Assembly: GCA_965248355.1 (NCBI GenBank)
Contig: OZ252098.1
Coordinates: 4,576,001-4,640,000 of the forward strand
Length of the DNA: 64,000 bases
Origin: Candidatus Latescibacterota bacterium
GTDB taxonomy: Bacteria; Latescibacterota; UBA2968; UBA8231
Direction of reading: 5' to 3'
Every line of letters begins with the position of its first letter. Position 1 is the first letter of the stretch. Below the pieces are notes generated by a model, which saw nothing but the letters and a program-made list of their open reading frames with translations, was not told the origin of the DNA and searched no databases. A program made the translations under genes and the position numbers. Below are positions 36,107 to 46,060 of this stretch, one piece after another.

Positions 36107-37639
36107 TCACTCCCGCCGCAGGGTGATGTCCTGGCCGGCGTCGATGCTGATCTTCACGGAGCCGTCGCCGATCTTCAGCCGGGCGCTGCGCTGGTCGGTG
36201 GTGGCGGACACGGGAAAGTCGGACTGGATCCGTCCGTGGCGCGTTCGCAGCGAGCCGTTGAACCCGGTGCCGGCGGGAAGGGCGAGGGTGACCGGTTTGC
36301 CGGAGGTGGCCAGCGTGATCCTTCCGCCCTGCCCCAGGCGCTTGATCCGCGAGACCTCGATGGGGCTGTGATTGCCGCGCACGGTGATCGAGCCGGAGGT
36401 CCCGGTGATGTTGACGTCCTTGTAGGAGTTGGACACCACCACGTCGCCCTCGACGAGCCCGGCCGTCACTCTGGACGAGTTGCCGTTCACGGTGAGGTTT
36501 CCGCCCACCTCCTCGACGACCACCGACTTGTACGAGGTGACGATGACGGCGTCGCCCTCCACGGACTGGACCGTCACGCCTGACGAGGTGCCGTTCACGG
36601 TGAGGTTTCCGCTCACGTCCTCGACCCGGATCGGCTTGTACGAGGAGACGATGGCGGCGTCGCCCCCGACCTGGTCCACCTCCACCTCGCTGGAGGTGGC
36701 GCTGACGGCGAGATTCCCGCGCACACGGGAGACGTGGACAGGCTTGTAGCTCGACCTGACCACCGCATCGCCGGTGACGCCGTCGAGACGCACGCTGCCG
36801 CTCTGGCTGACGACCTGCAGGGAGCCGGAGACCTCCTCGAGTTCCACCCTCTTGTAGGAGCTGCGCACCGTGCAGTCGCCTACGATGTCTCGGCCGGTGA
36901 CCTCTCCGCTGAGGCTCTCCACCACCACCTGCCCCCGCACCCCCTCGAGGTGCACGGGCTTGTAGCTGGTGCGGACGTTCACCCGGCCGTCGACCTCGGC
37001 AAGCGTGACCCGGGTGCTGTTGCCGCTCACGTCCACGGGGCCATCGAAACGGCGCACGTTCACGCCGGCGTAGTCGTTGGACACGGAGAGGGAGCCGCCG
37101 GCGTCGAGGATCTCCACATCGCCGGAGCTGTTGTCGACGCGCAGCTCTCCCTCGATCCCCTCCACGCGCACGTCGCCGTAGCGGTTGACGAGATCGAGGG
37201 AACAGCGCGAGGGCACGCGCACCCGCAGCCGCGTGGAGACCGACAGACCGTGGCCCGATCCCTGGTTGTAGAACATCCCGCGCAGGAATCCGATGGCCGT
37301 CGTGCCCTCGCCCTCCGACCGTTCCGGGGTGTCGAGGCGGGCGTACATCCCGTCCCCGTCGCTCTCCAGGACCAGGTCAACGGACTGGAGGTACTCCTCC
37401 ACGGCCGCGGAGTCGCCGCCGGTGATCTCGACCAGGGCCTCCGCGGCCACCGAGTCGCCGCCGGTGCCGGTGATCGTGATCTCGGCGTTGTGGGCTTCGA
37501 GGCGCAGGCGCTCTCCCGCCTGGGCGGGAGCGCTGCGGGCATAGGTGCGCCGCATCGTCTCCCGGTCATCCGCTTTCGCCTGGCTCCACGAGCCCGCGTA
37601 AAGCAGGAGGAGCACCATCAGGGTGGGCATGCGTCGCAT
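36107..37639 (-). CDS. Secreted DUF4097 (toastrack-like) beta-strand repeat protein
   Basis: Signal peptide; repeated SSYKxVxV..V.G / NSSxVxV units; TRHGRIQSDFP. Confidence 0.8.
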   Translation of the reverse strand: MRRMPTLMVLLLLYAGSWSQAKADDRETMRRTYARSAPAQAGERLRLEAHNAEITITGTGGDSVAAEALVEITGGDSAAVEEYLQSVDLVLESDGDGMYARLDTPERSEGEGTTAIGFLRGMFYNQGSGHGLSVSTRLRVRVPSRCSLDLVNRYGDVRVEGIEGELRVDNSSGDVEILDAGGSLSVSNDYAGVNVRRFDGPVDVSGNSTRVTLAEVDGRVNVRTSYKPVHLEGVRGQVVVESLSGEVTGRDIVGDCTVRSSYKRVELEEVSGSLQVVSQSGSVRLDGVTGDAVVRSSYKPVHVSRVRGNLAVSATSSEVEVDQVGGDAAIVSSYKPIRVEDVSGNLTVNGTSSGVTVQSVEGDAVIVTSYKSVVVEEVGGNLTVNGNSSRVTAGLVEGDVVVSNSYKDVNITGTSGSITVRGNHSPIEVSRIKRLGQGGRITLATSGKPVTLALPAGTGFNGSLRTRHGRIQSDFPVSATTDQRSARLKIGDGSVKISIDAGQDITLRRE

Positions 37640-37656
37640 GTTGGAAGTTCCTCCTT

Positions 37657-39306
37657 CTACAGGTGCGCGTTGACGAGGGGCAGCAGGCGCGCCCAGCGGG
37701 GGTTGTTGCCGGCGTAGTTGAGCAGGCCGATCTGGACCCCCTTGAGCTCGCGGCTGTAGTTGACCAGTCCGACGGAGAGGCCGGTGAAACGCTCGTTGAC
37801 CGGCTCGAACCAGCGGCCCGAGCCGCCGGGCAGGTGGCGGCCGCCCACGGCGATCCCGTTGGCCGCGCTCACCGAGATCCCGCGCATGCTCGGCGCGAAG
37901 GCGGTGACTCCGCCGGCGATGAGGCCGCTCAGCTGTTCGCCGGCGCCGACTCCGACAAGGCTGACCAGAAGGCCCCGCCCCGAGCCGCCGGCGCCGACGC
38001 CCACCCCGCCGATGGCGAGGCCGGTCAGATCATTCCCCGCCCCGACGATGCCGGCGGAGCAGGCGGCGCCGCGCAGGTCCTGTCCCACCCCGGCGCCCAG
38101 ACCTCCGGCGAGGATTCCCGTGAGATCGTTGCCCACGCCCGCGCCGAGACCGCCGATGACCAGGCCGCGGGCGTCGTGTCCGGCTCCGGCGCCGAGGCCG
38201 CCGCCGAGGATCCCCCTCAGATCGCCCCCCACGCTGGCGCCGGCACCCCCGAGGACGATGCCGCGGGCGTTGCGTCCGACGCCGGCGCCGACCAGGCCGA
38301 TCACGGCGCCCGCTTGCAGGTCGTGTCCGACCCCCGCGCCGAGGCCGCCCGCGGTCACTCCCGCCAGGTCGTGGCCCACGCCGGCACCGAAACCGCCGAC
38401 GATCAGTCCGCGGGCGTCGTGTCCCGCGCCTGCGCCCAGTCCGCCGCCGACGATGCCGGTCAGATCATGTCCCGCTCCCGCGCCGATGCCGCCGAGGACG
38501 ATCCCGCGGGCGTCGCGTCCGACGCCGGCACCCACCAGGCCGACCACGGCGCCGGCCTGCAGGTCGTGCCCGGCTCCGGCGCCGAAGCCGCCGACGATGA
38601 TCCCGCGGGCGTCGTGTCCCGCCCCGGCACCCAGCCCTCCGGCGAGGATCCCCTCCAGGTCGCCCCCCACGCCGGCACCCAGGCCCCCGAGGATCAGCCC
38701 GCTGCCGTCGCCCTCCGTCCAGGCCCCTCCCGCCGACAGCAGGACGCCGCTGGCGTCCTCCCTGGCCCGGGCGGCCAGCCCTCCGGCGAGGATCCCCCGG
38801 GCCCTGCCCCCGGCCGAGGCCAGGCCCGGGGTGACCGCCGCCCCGTGCACGTCGACCCGCGCCCCGGCGCGGACACCGGCCAGCGCGATTCCCCTCAGGT
38901 GGCGGACGGCGACCACGCCCCCGAGGCCGACGCCGATCCCCTGGATGTCGCGGCCGGCGTCGACGCCGATGCCGCCCACGGCGATGCCGGTGAGGTCCTG
39001 CTCGGTGATGGCGAAGAGGCCGCCCAGGGCGATGCCGTCGAGACGGCGGGCGTACGGCCCCACGAGGCCGAGGGCGGCGCCGCGGATCACGGCGTCGGGA
39101 TTCCGGCGCGCCTTCCACAGGGTCAGGTTGAGACCGGTGACGCGCCGCACCTCGTGGTCGACGAGGTTGACGCGCACCCCGGTGATGCGGCTGGAGTTGC
39201 CCAGGCTCAGGCCGACGCCGCCCACGGCGAGATCCAGCGAGTCCGCCTTTCCGGGAAGGGGAAAGGCAAACAGGGGCAGGAGCAGGAGCGCGGTTCGAAT
39301 GGTCAT
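37657..39306 (-). CDS. Secreted Gly-rich repeat surface protein (LA_2272-like)
   Basis: Signal peptide; about 16-aa repeats GIxxGGLGAGxGxD; C-terminal GVQIGLLNY...LPLVNAHL. Confidence 0.75.
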   Translation of the reverse strand: MTIRTALLLLPLFAFPLPGKADSLDLAVGGVGLSLGNSSRITGVRVNLVDHEVRRVTGLNLTLWKARRNPDAVIRGAALGLVGPYARRLDGIALGGLFAITEQDLTGIAVGGIGVDAGRDIQGIGVGLGGVVAVRHLRGIALAGVRAGARVDVHGAAVTPGLASAGGRARGILAGGLAARAREDASGVLLSAGGAWTEGDGSGLILGGLGAGVGGDLEGILAGGLGAGAGHDARGIIVGGFGAGAGHDLQAGAVVGLVGAGVGRDARGIVLGGIGAGAGHDLTGIVGGGLGAGAGHDARGLIVGGFGAGVGHDLAGVTAGGLGAGVGHDLQAGAVIGLVGAGVGRNARGIVLGGAGASVGGDLRGILGGGLGAGAGHDARGLVIGGLGAGVGNDLTGILAGGLGAGVGQDLRGAACSAGIVGAGNDLTGLAIGGVGVGAGGSGRGLLVSLVGVGAGEQLSGLIAGGVTAFAPSMRGISVSAANGIAVGGRHLPGGSGRWFEPVNERFTGLSVGLVNYSRELKGVQIGLLNYAGNNPRWARLLPLVNAHL

Positions 39307-39321
39307 GGCGGAATCCTCTCT

Positions 39322-39924
39322 CTACAGTTGGAGCTGCACGATCTCTTCGAGGGTTTCTCTCTTGTCCCGCAGGGCCAGCAGCAGGTAGCGGCGGATGTGG
39401 GTGTTGGCCGGGTTGCCGCTCAGGGCCTGCAGACAGCGGTCGATCTGGGTGTCGATGGTGGCGATCTTGTCGCGGTAGAGGAGGGCCAGCTCCGCGTCCA
39501 TGCGCTCCATGCGCTCGCCGGCGATCTGCTCCAGCTCCTCGATGGCGGCGGCGTACTCCCGCTCCCGGTCGCGGACCTTCTCCAGGGCCTCGGCCGTGTA
39601 GAGGCCGCTGGCCGGCTCCGGCGCACTCCATCGCTGCTGCTGTTGCACGAGCGCACCCAGCCCCAGCCCCACGACGAGGACCGCTGCGGCGCGGTAGACC
39701 CAGGCCCGCCGGCGGGCGCGCTGCTGCTCGGCGCGCAGACCGGCCTCGACGCGCTCCCACAGGAAGGGAGGCTCGGTCACTTCCGCGAGGTTGGCGGCCA
39801 GTTCATCGATGACCTCGTCCTCGCGCAGGCGCCGCCGGCATTCGGGGCAGTCCTTCAGGTGGGCCTGGAACGCCTCTTCCTCCAGGCGCCCCAACTCGCG
39901 CTCGCGGTAGCGGCCGCAGCTCAT
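39322..39924 (-). CDS. Zinc-binding anti-sigma factor (ZAS) with TM helix
   Basis: HLKDCPEC (HxxxCxxC); TM AAAVLVVGLGLGALV; overlaps the sigma gene stop. Confidence 0.85.
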   Translation of the reverse strand: MSCGRYRERELGRLEEEAFQAHLKDCPECRRRLREDEVIDELAANLAEVTEPPFLWERVEAGLRAEQQRARRRAWVYRAAAVLVVGLGLGALVQQQQRWSAPEPASGLYTAEALEKVRDREREYAAAIEELEQIAGERMERMDAELALLYRDKIATIDTQIDRCLQALSGNPANTHIRRYLLLALRDKRETLEEIVQLQL

Positions 39925-40499
39925 GGCGAGTCCTCCTCATCGGTCAGGATGGCGCGCAGCCGCTCCCTGGCCTGGAAGACCTGGGCCTTCACGGTGCCCT
40001 CGCGGATCTCCAGCATCTCGGCGATCTCCTTCTGGGGGAAGCCCTCCACGGCATACAGCACGAAGCAGGCGCGCATGCGCTCCGGCAGGGAGAGGATGGC
40101 CTCCTCCAATTGCAGCCGCAGGTCCGGCCCGGCGGCCGGCGGGGGCTCGGCGGGCCGAAGTTCGAAACGGCGCTTCCTCGCTCTCAGCATGTCGTGGCAG
40201 ACGTTGATCAGGATGCGCATGAGGTAGGTGCCGATACCGGCCTCGCCGCGGTAGCGGCCGATGTTCCGGTGGAGGCGGATGAAGGCGGTCTGCACGGCGT
40301 CCTCGGCGTCGGCCGGGTCGCCGAGCATGCGCAGGGCCACGCCGAGGAGCCGGCGCCAGTGCTCGCGGAAGAGGCGCTCGTAGGCGCCCACGTCCCCCCG
40401 CCGGCAGGCGGCGATGGTCTCGCGCTCGGCTTGGGATGGATCGGCGGGCAAGGGCCCTCTTCTCGGAAGACTCGCCCCGAGGGCGAGTGCGGCTGGCAT
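39921..40499 (-). CDS. ECF RNA polymerase sigma factor
   Basis: DAEDAVQTAF, YLMRILINVC, LPERMRACFVL...EIAEML...GTVK. Confidence 0.93.
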   Translation of the reverse strand: MPAALALGASLPRRGPLPADPSQAERETIAACRRGDVGAYERLFREHWRRLLGVALRMLGDPADAEDAVQTAFIRLHRNIGRYRGEAGIGTYLMRILINVCHDMLRARKRRFELRPAEPPPAAGPDLRLQLEEAILSLPERMRACFVLYAVEGFPQKEIAEMLEIREGTVKAQVFQARERLRAILTDEEDSP

Positions 40500-40629
40500 C
40501 GGCGACCGGCTCCGCTGTCGAGGTTTCGGGTTTCTCGACAGTTGGACGAAGCCGGAGGGCCGGAGGTTTAGACGCTCCTGAGAAACAGCCTCCGGTGCTC
40601 GGCCGGGGTTTCCCGGGGGGCTGCGGGTG

Positions 40630-42225
40630 CTAGGCCAGGAACCGCTGCAGCACGTTGCGGGTGATGCGCGAGACCTGCTCGTCCACGGGCAGCGACGCCG
40701 GCCACGAGATCGAGCCCACGGAGAACACGTGGCCGCCGGAGGGGGTGTCGAAGCAGACGATCTCGGCGCCGCCGTCGTCGGGGTTGAGGCCCTTGGCCAG
40801 CGGTATGGCGTTGGCCGGGGAGCTGGCCGAGACCTTGTCGGTCTCGTGGCCGGAGGCGCCGCCGGGGCAGCGCATGTGCAGGCACTCCTGGCCGAAGAGG
40901 TCGCCCTGCCGCAGGCCCGTGCTCTCGAAGATCCAGTGGTCGGGCTCGATGACGCGGTACGGTGCTCCGGTCATGATTCCGGTCTCGGAGCAGGTCACGC
41001 CGAGGAGGTTGGCCTCCGACTCCTGGCGCAGATGGAAGCGGCTCTCGTAGCCGATCTTCTGCAGGTGGAAGAAGCCGCCCCCGTAGGGTCCGTTGTGGAC
41101 GGTGATCGTCGTGTCGTCGAGGAACTCGACCTCGCAGTTGAGGCCGTTGCCGCCGAGGTAGAGGAGCTTCCCGCCCCCATCGAAGACCCACTCCTTCAGC
41201 GCGTAGTACATCTTCGCCGACCAGTACTCGGGATGGGCGCTGACCGCCAGGGCCTGGTAGGCGCCCAGGTCGAGGGTGCCGTCGTGGAGCTGGGTCTCGG
41301 CGTAGAGGTCGTAGTCGAATCCCTCGCGGTCGAGCCAGCCGAAGAACCGCCACTCCGCAGGCGCCACGTGGCAGTTGCTGCGCCCCTCGATGGGGTCGGT
41401 GATGCGCTCGTCCTCGTCGATGTGGTTGATCGGCTCGGGGCGGTCGAAGGAGAGGGGCGGATAGTGGTCGGCGGCGAAGAGCATGTGGTCGGGGTCGGTG
41501 TAGCGCAGCAGCTCCAGGCGCGCGTTCATCGCCGGCGACGGGGTGAAACCGTCGGCGTGGATGTAGTTGGAGCGGCCCCCGAAGTTGTTGTAGCAGTTCC
41601 AGTTGATGTTGGCCGCCAGGACCGCCAGCGGGGTCCGCGGGCGGTCGGGAGCCACCATCCAGGGGAAGGAGAAGAACGCCCCGGACTCGCCCTTGGCGTG
41701 CAGGTAGTAGAGGCCGGAGCGGTCGGGGGCGGTGAGGAATTGCTTGTGGGCGCCGCGGGCGTATCCCCGGTGGTTGAACTGCACCCCCGTCTGGGTGTAG
41801 TCGCCGTCGGGGGTGATCTGCACCGTCGCCCGGGGCCCGTGCTCGTCGTACCAGCCGATGGTCCGTACCAGCTCCTTCTCCCAGCCGTAGCGCCACAGCT
41901 CGAGCTTGTAGGCCTCGTCGGAGTGGACCCGGAACTCGGACTTCTCTCCGGAGCGGACCCACTTGGGCCACATGTAGCCGATCAGCTGGTCCCGCAGCAG
42001 GCGGAAGTGGTGGGGCTCGGCCAGCGGCAGCTCCAGGGTGGTGCGCTTGGCGCCGTACCCGTCCCGCCCGAGGGCGACGTTCCAGCGCCCCGGCTCCAGG
42101 TCGGCGCGCACGGCGCCGGTGATGCTCGACCGCGTCTCCACGACGCGGCCGCTCTCGTCTTCGAACTCGAAGAGGACGTCGGGGACGGCGACGTAGCGCT
42201 CGTCGCTGACGTATCCGATCAACAA
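40630..42225 (-). CDS. N,N-dimethylformamidase beta-subunit-like protein
   Basis: SGLYY, NWNCYNNFGG, SFDRP, HPEYWS, LYLGGNG, GHETD; TTG start after AGGAG. Confidence 0.75.
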   Translation of the reverse strand: MLIGYVSDERYVAVPDVLFEFEDESGRVVETRSSITGAVRADLEPGRWNVALGRDGYGAKRTTLELPLAEPHHFRLLRDQLIGYMWPKWVRSGEKSEFRVHSDEAYKLELWRYGWEKELVRTIGWYDEHGPRATVQITPDGDYTQTGVQFNHRGYARGAHKQFLTAPDRSGLYYLHAKGESGAFFSFPWMVAPDRPRTPLAVLAANINWNCYNNFGGRSNYIHADGFTPSPAMNARLELLRYTDPDHMLFAADHYPPLSFDRPEPINHIDEDERITDPIEGRSNCHVAPAEWRFFGWLDREGFDYDLYAETQLHDGTLDLGAYQALAVSAHPEYWSAKMYYALKEWVFDGGGKLLYLGGNGLNCEVEFLDDTTITVHNGPYGGGFFHLQKIGYESRFHLRQESEANLLGVTCSETGIMTGAPYRVIEPDHWIFESTGLRQGDLFGQECLHMRCPGGASGHETDKVSASSPANAIPLAKGLNPDDGGAEIVCFDTPSGGHVFSVGSISWPASLPVDEQVSRITRNVLQRFLA

Positions 42226-42238
42226 GGCGGATCTCCTT

Positions 42239-44380
42239 TCAGGGTGGGCCGAGGTCTGCTTCGAGCCCGGCGTACCAGGTGCGGCCGGAGGCGGGCTCGA
42301 AGAAGCGGTCGCCGAAGGCGTTGGGGGTGATGGAGCCGTTGTAGGCGGCGTCGAGGAGGTTGTCGACCCCGACGAAGACGCGCAGGCGCCCGAAGGCGAA
42401 GGACCGGGGCGCCACCAGGCGCAGGCCGGCCACGGCGTAGGCGCCGTTGTGAAAGTCGAGCCGGGCGGCGTCGCTGCCCGGTGGCGGTCCGTTGTGGTCG
42501 TTGGCGTAGTACCCGGCCACCCACTCGGTCTCGACCTCGGCGCGGATGTCGAGAGGCAGTTCCGCCGTGACATCCAGCAGCAGCCGGTGAGGCGGCAGGC
42601 CGGGGACCTGCTTGCCGGAGAGCTGCACGGGTTCGTCGCCGGATCGGATCACGTAGTCGTCGAAGCGGAAGTCTATCCAGGTGTAGGACAGGTCTGCGCC
42701 CCAGGCGCCGTGGCGGGCACCGAGGGCGGCCTCCAGGCCGCGGCTGGATGTGCGCCCGGCGTTGCGGTAGTAGACGGCCTCGCTCGCCGGGTCGTCCACC
42801 TGGAAGGGGATCAGCATGCCGTCCACGGCGAGCCGGTAGATCGCCGCGTCCCAGGTCAGGCGGCCGGCGCGGTCGCTTCCCCGGAGGCCAGCCTCCAGGC
42901 TGGACACGCTCTCCGGGTCCAGGTCGGGGTTGAAGCCGCCGCCGCCGTCGGGACGGTTGCCTAACTCCACCGTGGTCGGCGTCTGGAAGGCGGATCCGTA
43001 CGAGGCGTAGAGCAGCGTCCGCGGCGTCACCTGCCAGCCGAGGCCGGCAGAGGGGCTGAGCTGGGAGAGGTCCCGCGTGCCGGAGTCGTCCCCGTCGCCG
43101 AGGAGGCGGTCCGTGGCCTCGAAGGCGTAGCGGTCCAGGCGCCCCCCGAGGCTGAGGGTCCAGCCCGGCCGGGGGTGGACGGCCAGGGCGGCGAAGGCGC
43201 CGGCGCTGCCCACGGACTCCTCCTGGTCCTGCATGAGGGCCCCGAGGGCCACGCTCTCCGGCACCCGGGCCGGTTCCGTGTCCGCGTCGGCGAGCCCCTC
43301 GTTCTCGTGCTCGCGGCGGTCGTCCCTCTGAGCCTCCAGGTCCACCCCCGCCTTCCAGCTGCCCGGCAGGTTCCCCAGGCGCAGGGTCCGGCCGTGAACG
43401 GCCCTCAAGCCGCCGGCGCGCCGCTCCAGGTCGATGACCGCCCCCGGGATCGGGTTCAGCAGGCTGCGGTCGACCCCGTAGAGGGTCAGCTCGGTCCGCG
43501 CCCCGCCGTCGGTGTGGCGCAGGGTGATCCCGCCCTGGCTCTGCCGCGCCTGCTTGGAGGCGCCCTGGCCGACGATGAAGCCCCGGGCGAAGCGGGGCCG
43601 CTCCCGCGAGTCCGCCCGGTTCAGGGAGCTGGGGTTCAGGAGGTAGGGGGCGTCGTAGAGGTTGAGCACCCAAACCAGCTCCCACGACGGGCGCAGGCGC
43701 GAGCGCACCACCGCGTTCAGCCCGCGTACCCGCGCCTCGGAGTGGTCGCGGTACCCGTCGAGGTCCAGCTGCCGCAGGGAGAGGTGGAAGGAGTGGCGAC
43801 CGCCGCCGCGGAAGGCGAGCTGGCGCAGCCACAGGCCGTCGCTGCCGGCGACCAGTCGCGGCTTCACCCGCACGCCCGCGGCCTCGGGGTGCCGTGTCTG
43901 GATGGAGACCACGCCGCCGCCGGCGTTGCCGTACAGGCTCGAGTTGGGCCCGCGCAGGACCTCCACCCGGCCGGCCGTGGCCAGGTCGATGTTGCCGAGC
44001 TGGGTCTGGCCGTCCGGCGTGGTCAGCGGCACCCCGTCGAGCAGGACCTTGACGCCGCGCACGCCGAAGGCGGCCCTCGCCCCCAGGCCGCGCGCCGTCA
44101 GCCGCGGCCCTTGGGACGGGTTGTTGCGCTCGGACACGTGCAGTCCCGGCACCTGGCGCAGAGCCTCTGCCAGGGAGAGCGACTTTTCACCCGGCGCGAA
44201 GCGCTCCCGCCCGACTGCGGAGACCGCCAGCGGCAGCCGGTCCAGGGGGGCCGCCTCCCGGACGGCGGTGACCACCACCGCCGGCGCCGTGTATTGCGTG
44301 GTGTCCGGGGGATCCGCGTCGGCGGCGAGGGCCGCCGGCAGCAGCAGGCAGACGGCCGTCGAGAGGGAGAAGCGGCGCAT
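42239..44380 (-). CDS. TonB-dependent receptor
   Basis: Signal peptide MRRFSLSTAVCLLLPAALA; VVVTA; plug LDGVP and RVEVLRGPNSSLYGNAGGGVV; VDNLLD and GRTWYAGL. Confidence 0.92.
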   Translation of the reverse strand: MRRFSLSTAVCLLLPAALAADADPPDTTQYTAPAVVVTAVREAAPLDRLPLAVSAVGRERFAPGEKSLSLAEALRQVPGLHVSERNNPSQGPRLTARGLGARAAFGVRGVKVLLDGVPLTTPDGQTQLGNIDLATAGRVEVLRGPNSSLYGNAGGGVVSIQTRHPEAAGVRVKPRLVAGSDGLWLRQLAFRGGGRHSFHLSLRQLDLDGYRDHSEARVRGLNAVVRSRLRPSWELVWVLNLYDAPYLLNPSSLNRADSRERPRFARGFIVGQGASKQARQSQGGITLRHTDGGARTELTLYGVDRSLLNPIPGAVIDLERRAGGLRAVHGRTLRLGNLPGSWKAGVDLEAQRDDRREHENEGLADADTEPARVPESVALGALMQDQEESVGSAGAFAALAVHPRPGWTLSLGGRLDRYAFEATDRLLGDGDDSGTRDLSQLSPSAGLGWQVTPRTLLYASYGSAFQTPTTVELGNRPDGGGGFNPDLDPESVSSLEAGLRGSDRAGRLTWDAAIYRLAVDGMLIPFQVDDPASEAVYYRNAGRTSSRGLEAALGARHGAWGADLSYTWIDFRFDDYVIRSGDEPVQLSGKQVPGLPPHRLLLDVTAELPLDIRAEVETEWVAGYYANDHNGPPPGSDAARLDFHNGAYAVAGLRLVAPRSFAFGRLRVFVGVDNLLDAAYNGSITPNAFGDRFFEPASGRTWYAGLEADLGPP

Positions 44381-45055
44381 GTGTCGGCCTGGCGCCGGCA
44401 GTGGGGCGGCCCTCCAGAGCCTGCAGGCCGCAGTCAGCAGCCGGGTGCACGCCGACAGGGAGGACGACCGTGCGCGGCGTCCGGCCGAGGGGGCGGTCCA
44501 GGCGCGCAGGACTGCCGTCAGCCGAGGGGCGGTTCGGACGGCGGTCCACACCCGGATCAACAGCAGCAGGGCCTGCGCCGGGAGCGAGGAGAAGCACCGT
44601 GCGCGGCGTCCTGCCGAGGGGGCGGTCCCGTGGCGAAGGGCCGCCGCCAGCAGGCGGACCGGCCCCAGGAGCGGGGCGCCGCCTCCCCCCGTGGGCGGCG
44701 CGGTCAAGCCGGCGGCTGCCGGGAGTGAGGGCGCCATCGCCGGCAGGATCGGTGCCCTGGGTGAGGGGGCGCGCCTCATGCGGCAGGCCCCGGGAGCGAG
44801 GGGGCGCACAGCATGGGGCTCCTCGCAGGCGGTGCGAGTACGCGGCCGGCTTCCGTGAGTAGGGGGCCGGCGATCCAGGCATGGGTGGCCGCCCTCCCGT
44901 AACCGCGGTTCAAGCGGGGCATCCGCTGGCAGCAGGCCATCGGTCGGTCCATCCTTCCTCCATCTTGGCGCGGGGCATGCGGCGGCCTATGGTAGTGGCC
45001 CGCGTCGGACCGGCGCCACCAGAGCCGGCGTGCCCTCGCCTCATCCCTCGACCCC

Positions 45056-46060
45056 ATGTCAGACAACCCCATCCCCACCACCGGCCGCCGCGTCGTCGTC
45101 CGCCCCGACGGGCAGGTCGGCACCGAGCCCTTCGAGATCACGCCTCCCGGCCCGGGCCAGGTGCTCGTCGAGACCGTTCGCACCCTCATCAGCGCCGGCA
45201 CCGAGCTCGGCAACCAGGAGCAGCACCGCACGGGGGACTATATCCCCGGCTACTCCAACACGGGCCGGATCATCGCCCTCGGCGGCGGCTGTGACGGCTA
45301 CGCCGTGGGGGACCGGGTCCTCTCCTTGGGGCACCACGCGAGCCACGTCACCGTCTCCACCGCTCCGCAGTCCCTCGCCCGACTCCCGGAGGGCGTCTCA
45401 TTCGACGACGGCGCCTACGGCGTCATGGGCAGCATCTCCATGCACGGGGTCCGCAAGGGGCGCCTGGAGCTCGGGGAGTTCGCCGCCGTCACCGGCATGG
45501 GCCTGGTGGGCCAGCTGGCCCTGCAGCTGGCGGCGCGCACGGGGTGCGAGCTGCTCATCGCCGTCGATCTCAGTGCGGCGCGCCTGGAGATCGCCGCCGC
45601 CTCCGGGGCCAGCTACACAATGCAGCCCGGCGACGACCTTCCCTCCCGCATCGCCGCCATCACCAGGGACCGGGGGCTGGACGTCGCCATCGAGGCCTCG
45701 GGCTATCCCGAGATCCTGCCCGTGCTCTTCGACATGGCCCGCATCGGCGGCCGCATCATGGCCCTCGGGTCGATCTGGCACCGCAAGGTCGAGGTCGACT
45801 TTATGGACTTCCATCAGAAGGAGCTCATCCTGGTGGGCTGCCACCAGCCGAAGTGTCCGACCACGGCGACGCCGGCCTGGCCGTGGACCCAGCAGTACAA
45901 CCGCCGCCAGGTTCTGAAGATGATCGAGCGGGGAGAGCTGGACGTGGCCCGCCTCACCAGCCACCGCCTGCCGTTCACCGAGGCCGCGGAGGCCTACCGG
46001 CTCCTGCGCCACGAGCGGGACCGGGCCCTCGGCGTCCTGCTCACCTGGGGACAGTCATGA
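45056..46060 (+). CDS. Zinc-binding (MDR) dehydrogenase family protein
   Basis: ISAGTE, PGYS, GMGLVGQL, DVAIEASG. Confidence 0.88.
   Translation: MSDNPIPTTGRRVVVRPDGQVGTEPFEITPPGPGQVLVETVRTLISAGTELGNQEQHRTGDYIPGYSNTGRIIALGGGCDGYAVGDRVLSLGHHASHVTVSTAPQSLARLPEGVSFDDGAYGVMGSISMHGVRKGRLELGEFAAVTGMGLVGQLALQLAARTGCELLIAVDLSAARLEIAAASGASYTMQPGDDLPSRIAAITRDRGLDVAIEASGYPEILPVLFDMARIGGRIMALGSIWHRKVEVDFMDFHQKELILVGCHQPKCPTTATPAWPWTQQYNRRQVLKMIERGELDVARLTSHRLPFTEAAEAYRLLRHERDRALGVLLTWGQS

Noticed and set aside
37663..40227. Long plus-strand ORFs (854 aa, 542 aa) and similar long overlapping ORFs at 46-57 kb
   Set aside because: Shadow or alternate frames of well-supported genes in high-GC DNA.
44381..45050. 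Cobalamin or other riboswitch before the TonB receptor
   Set aside because: No B12-box or other conserved core seen by eye; an Rfam/Infernal scan would be decisive.
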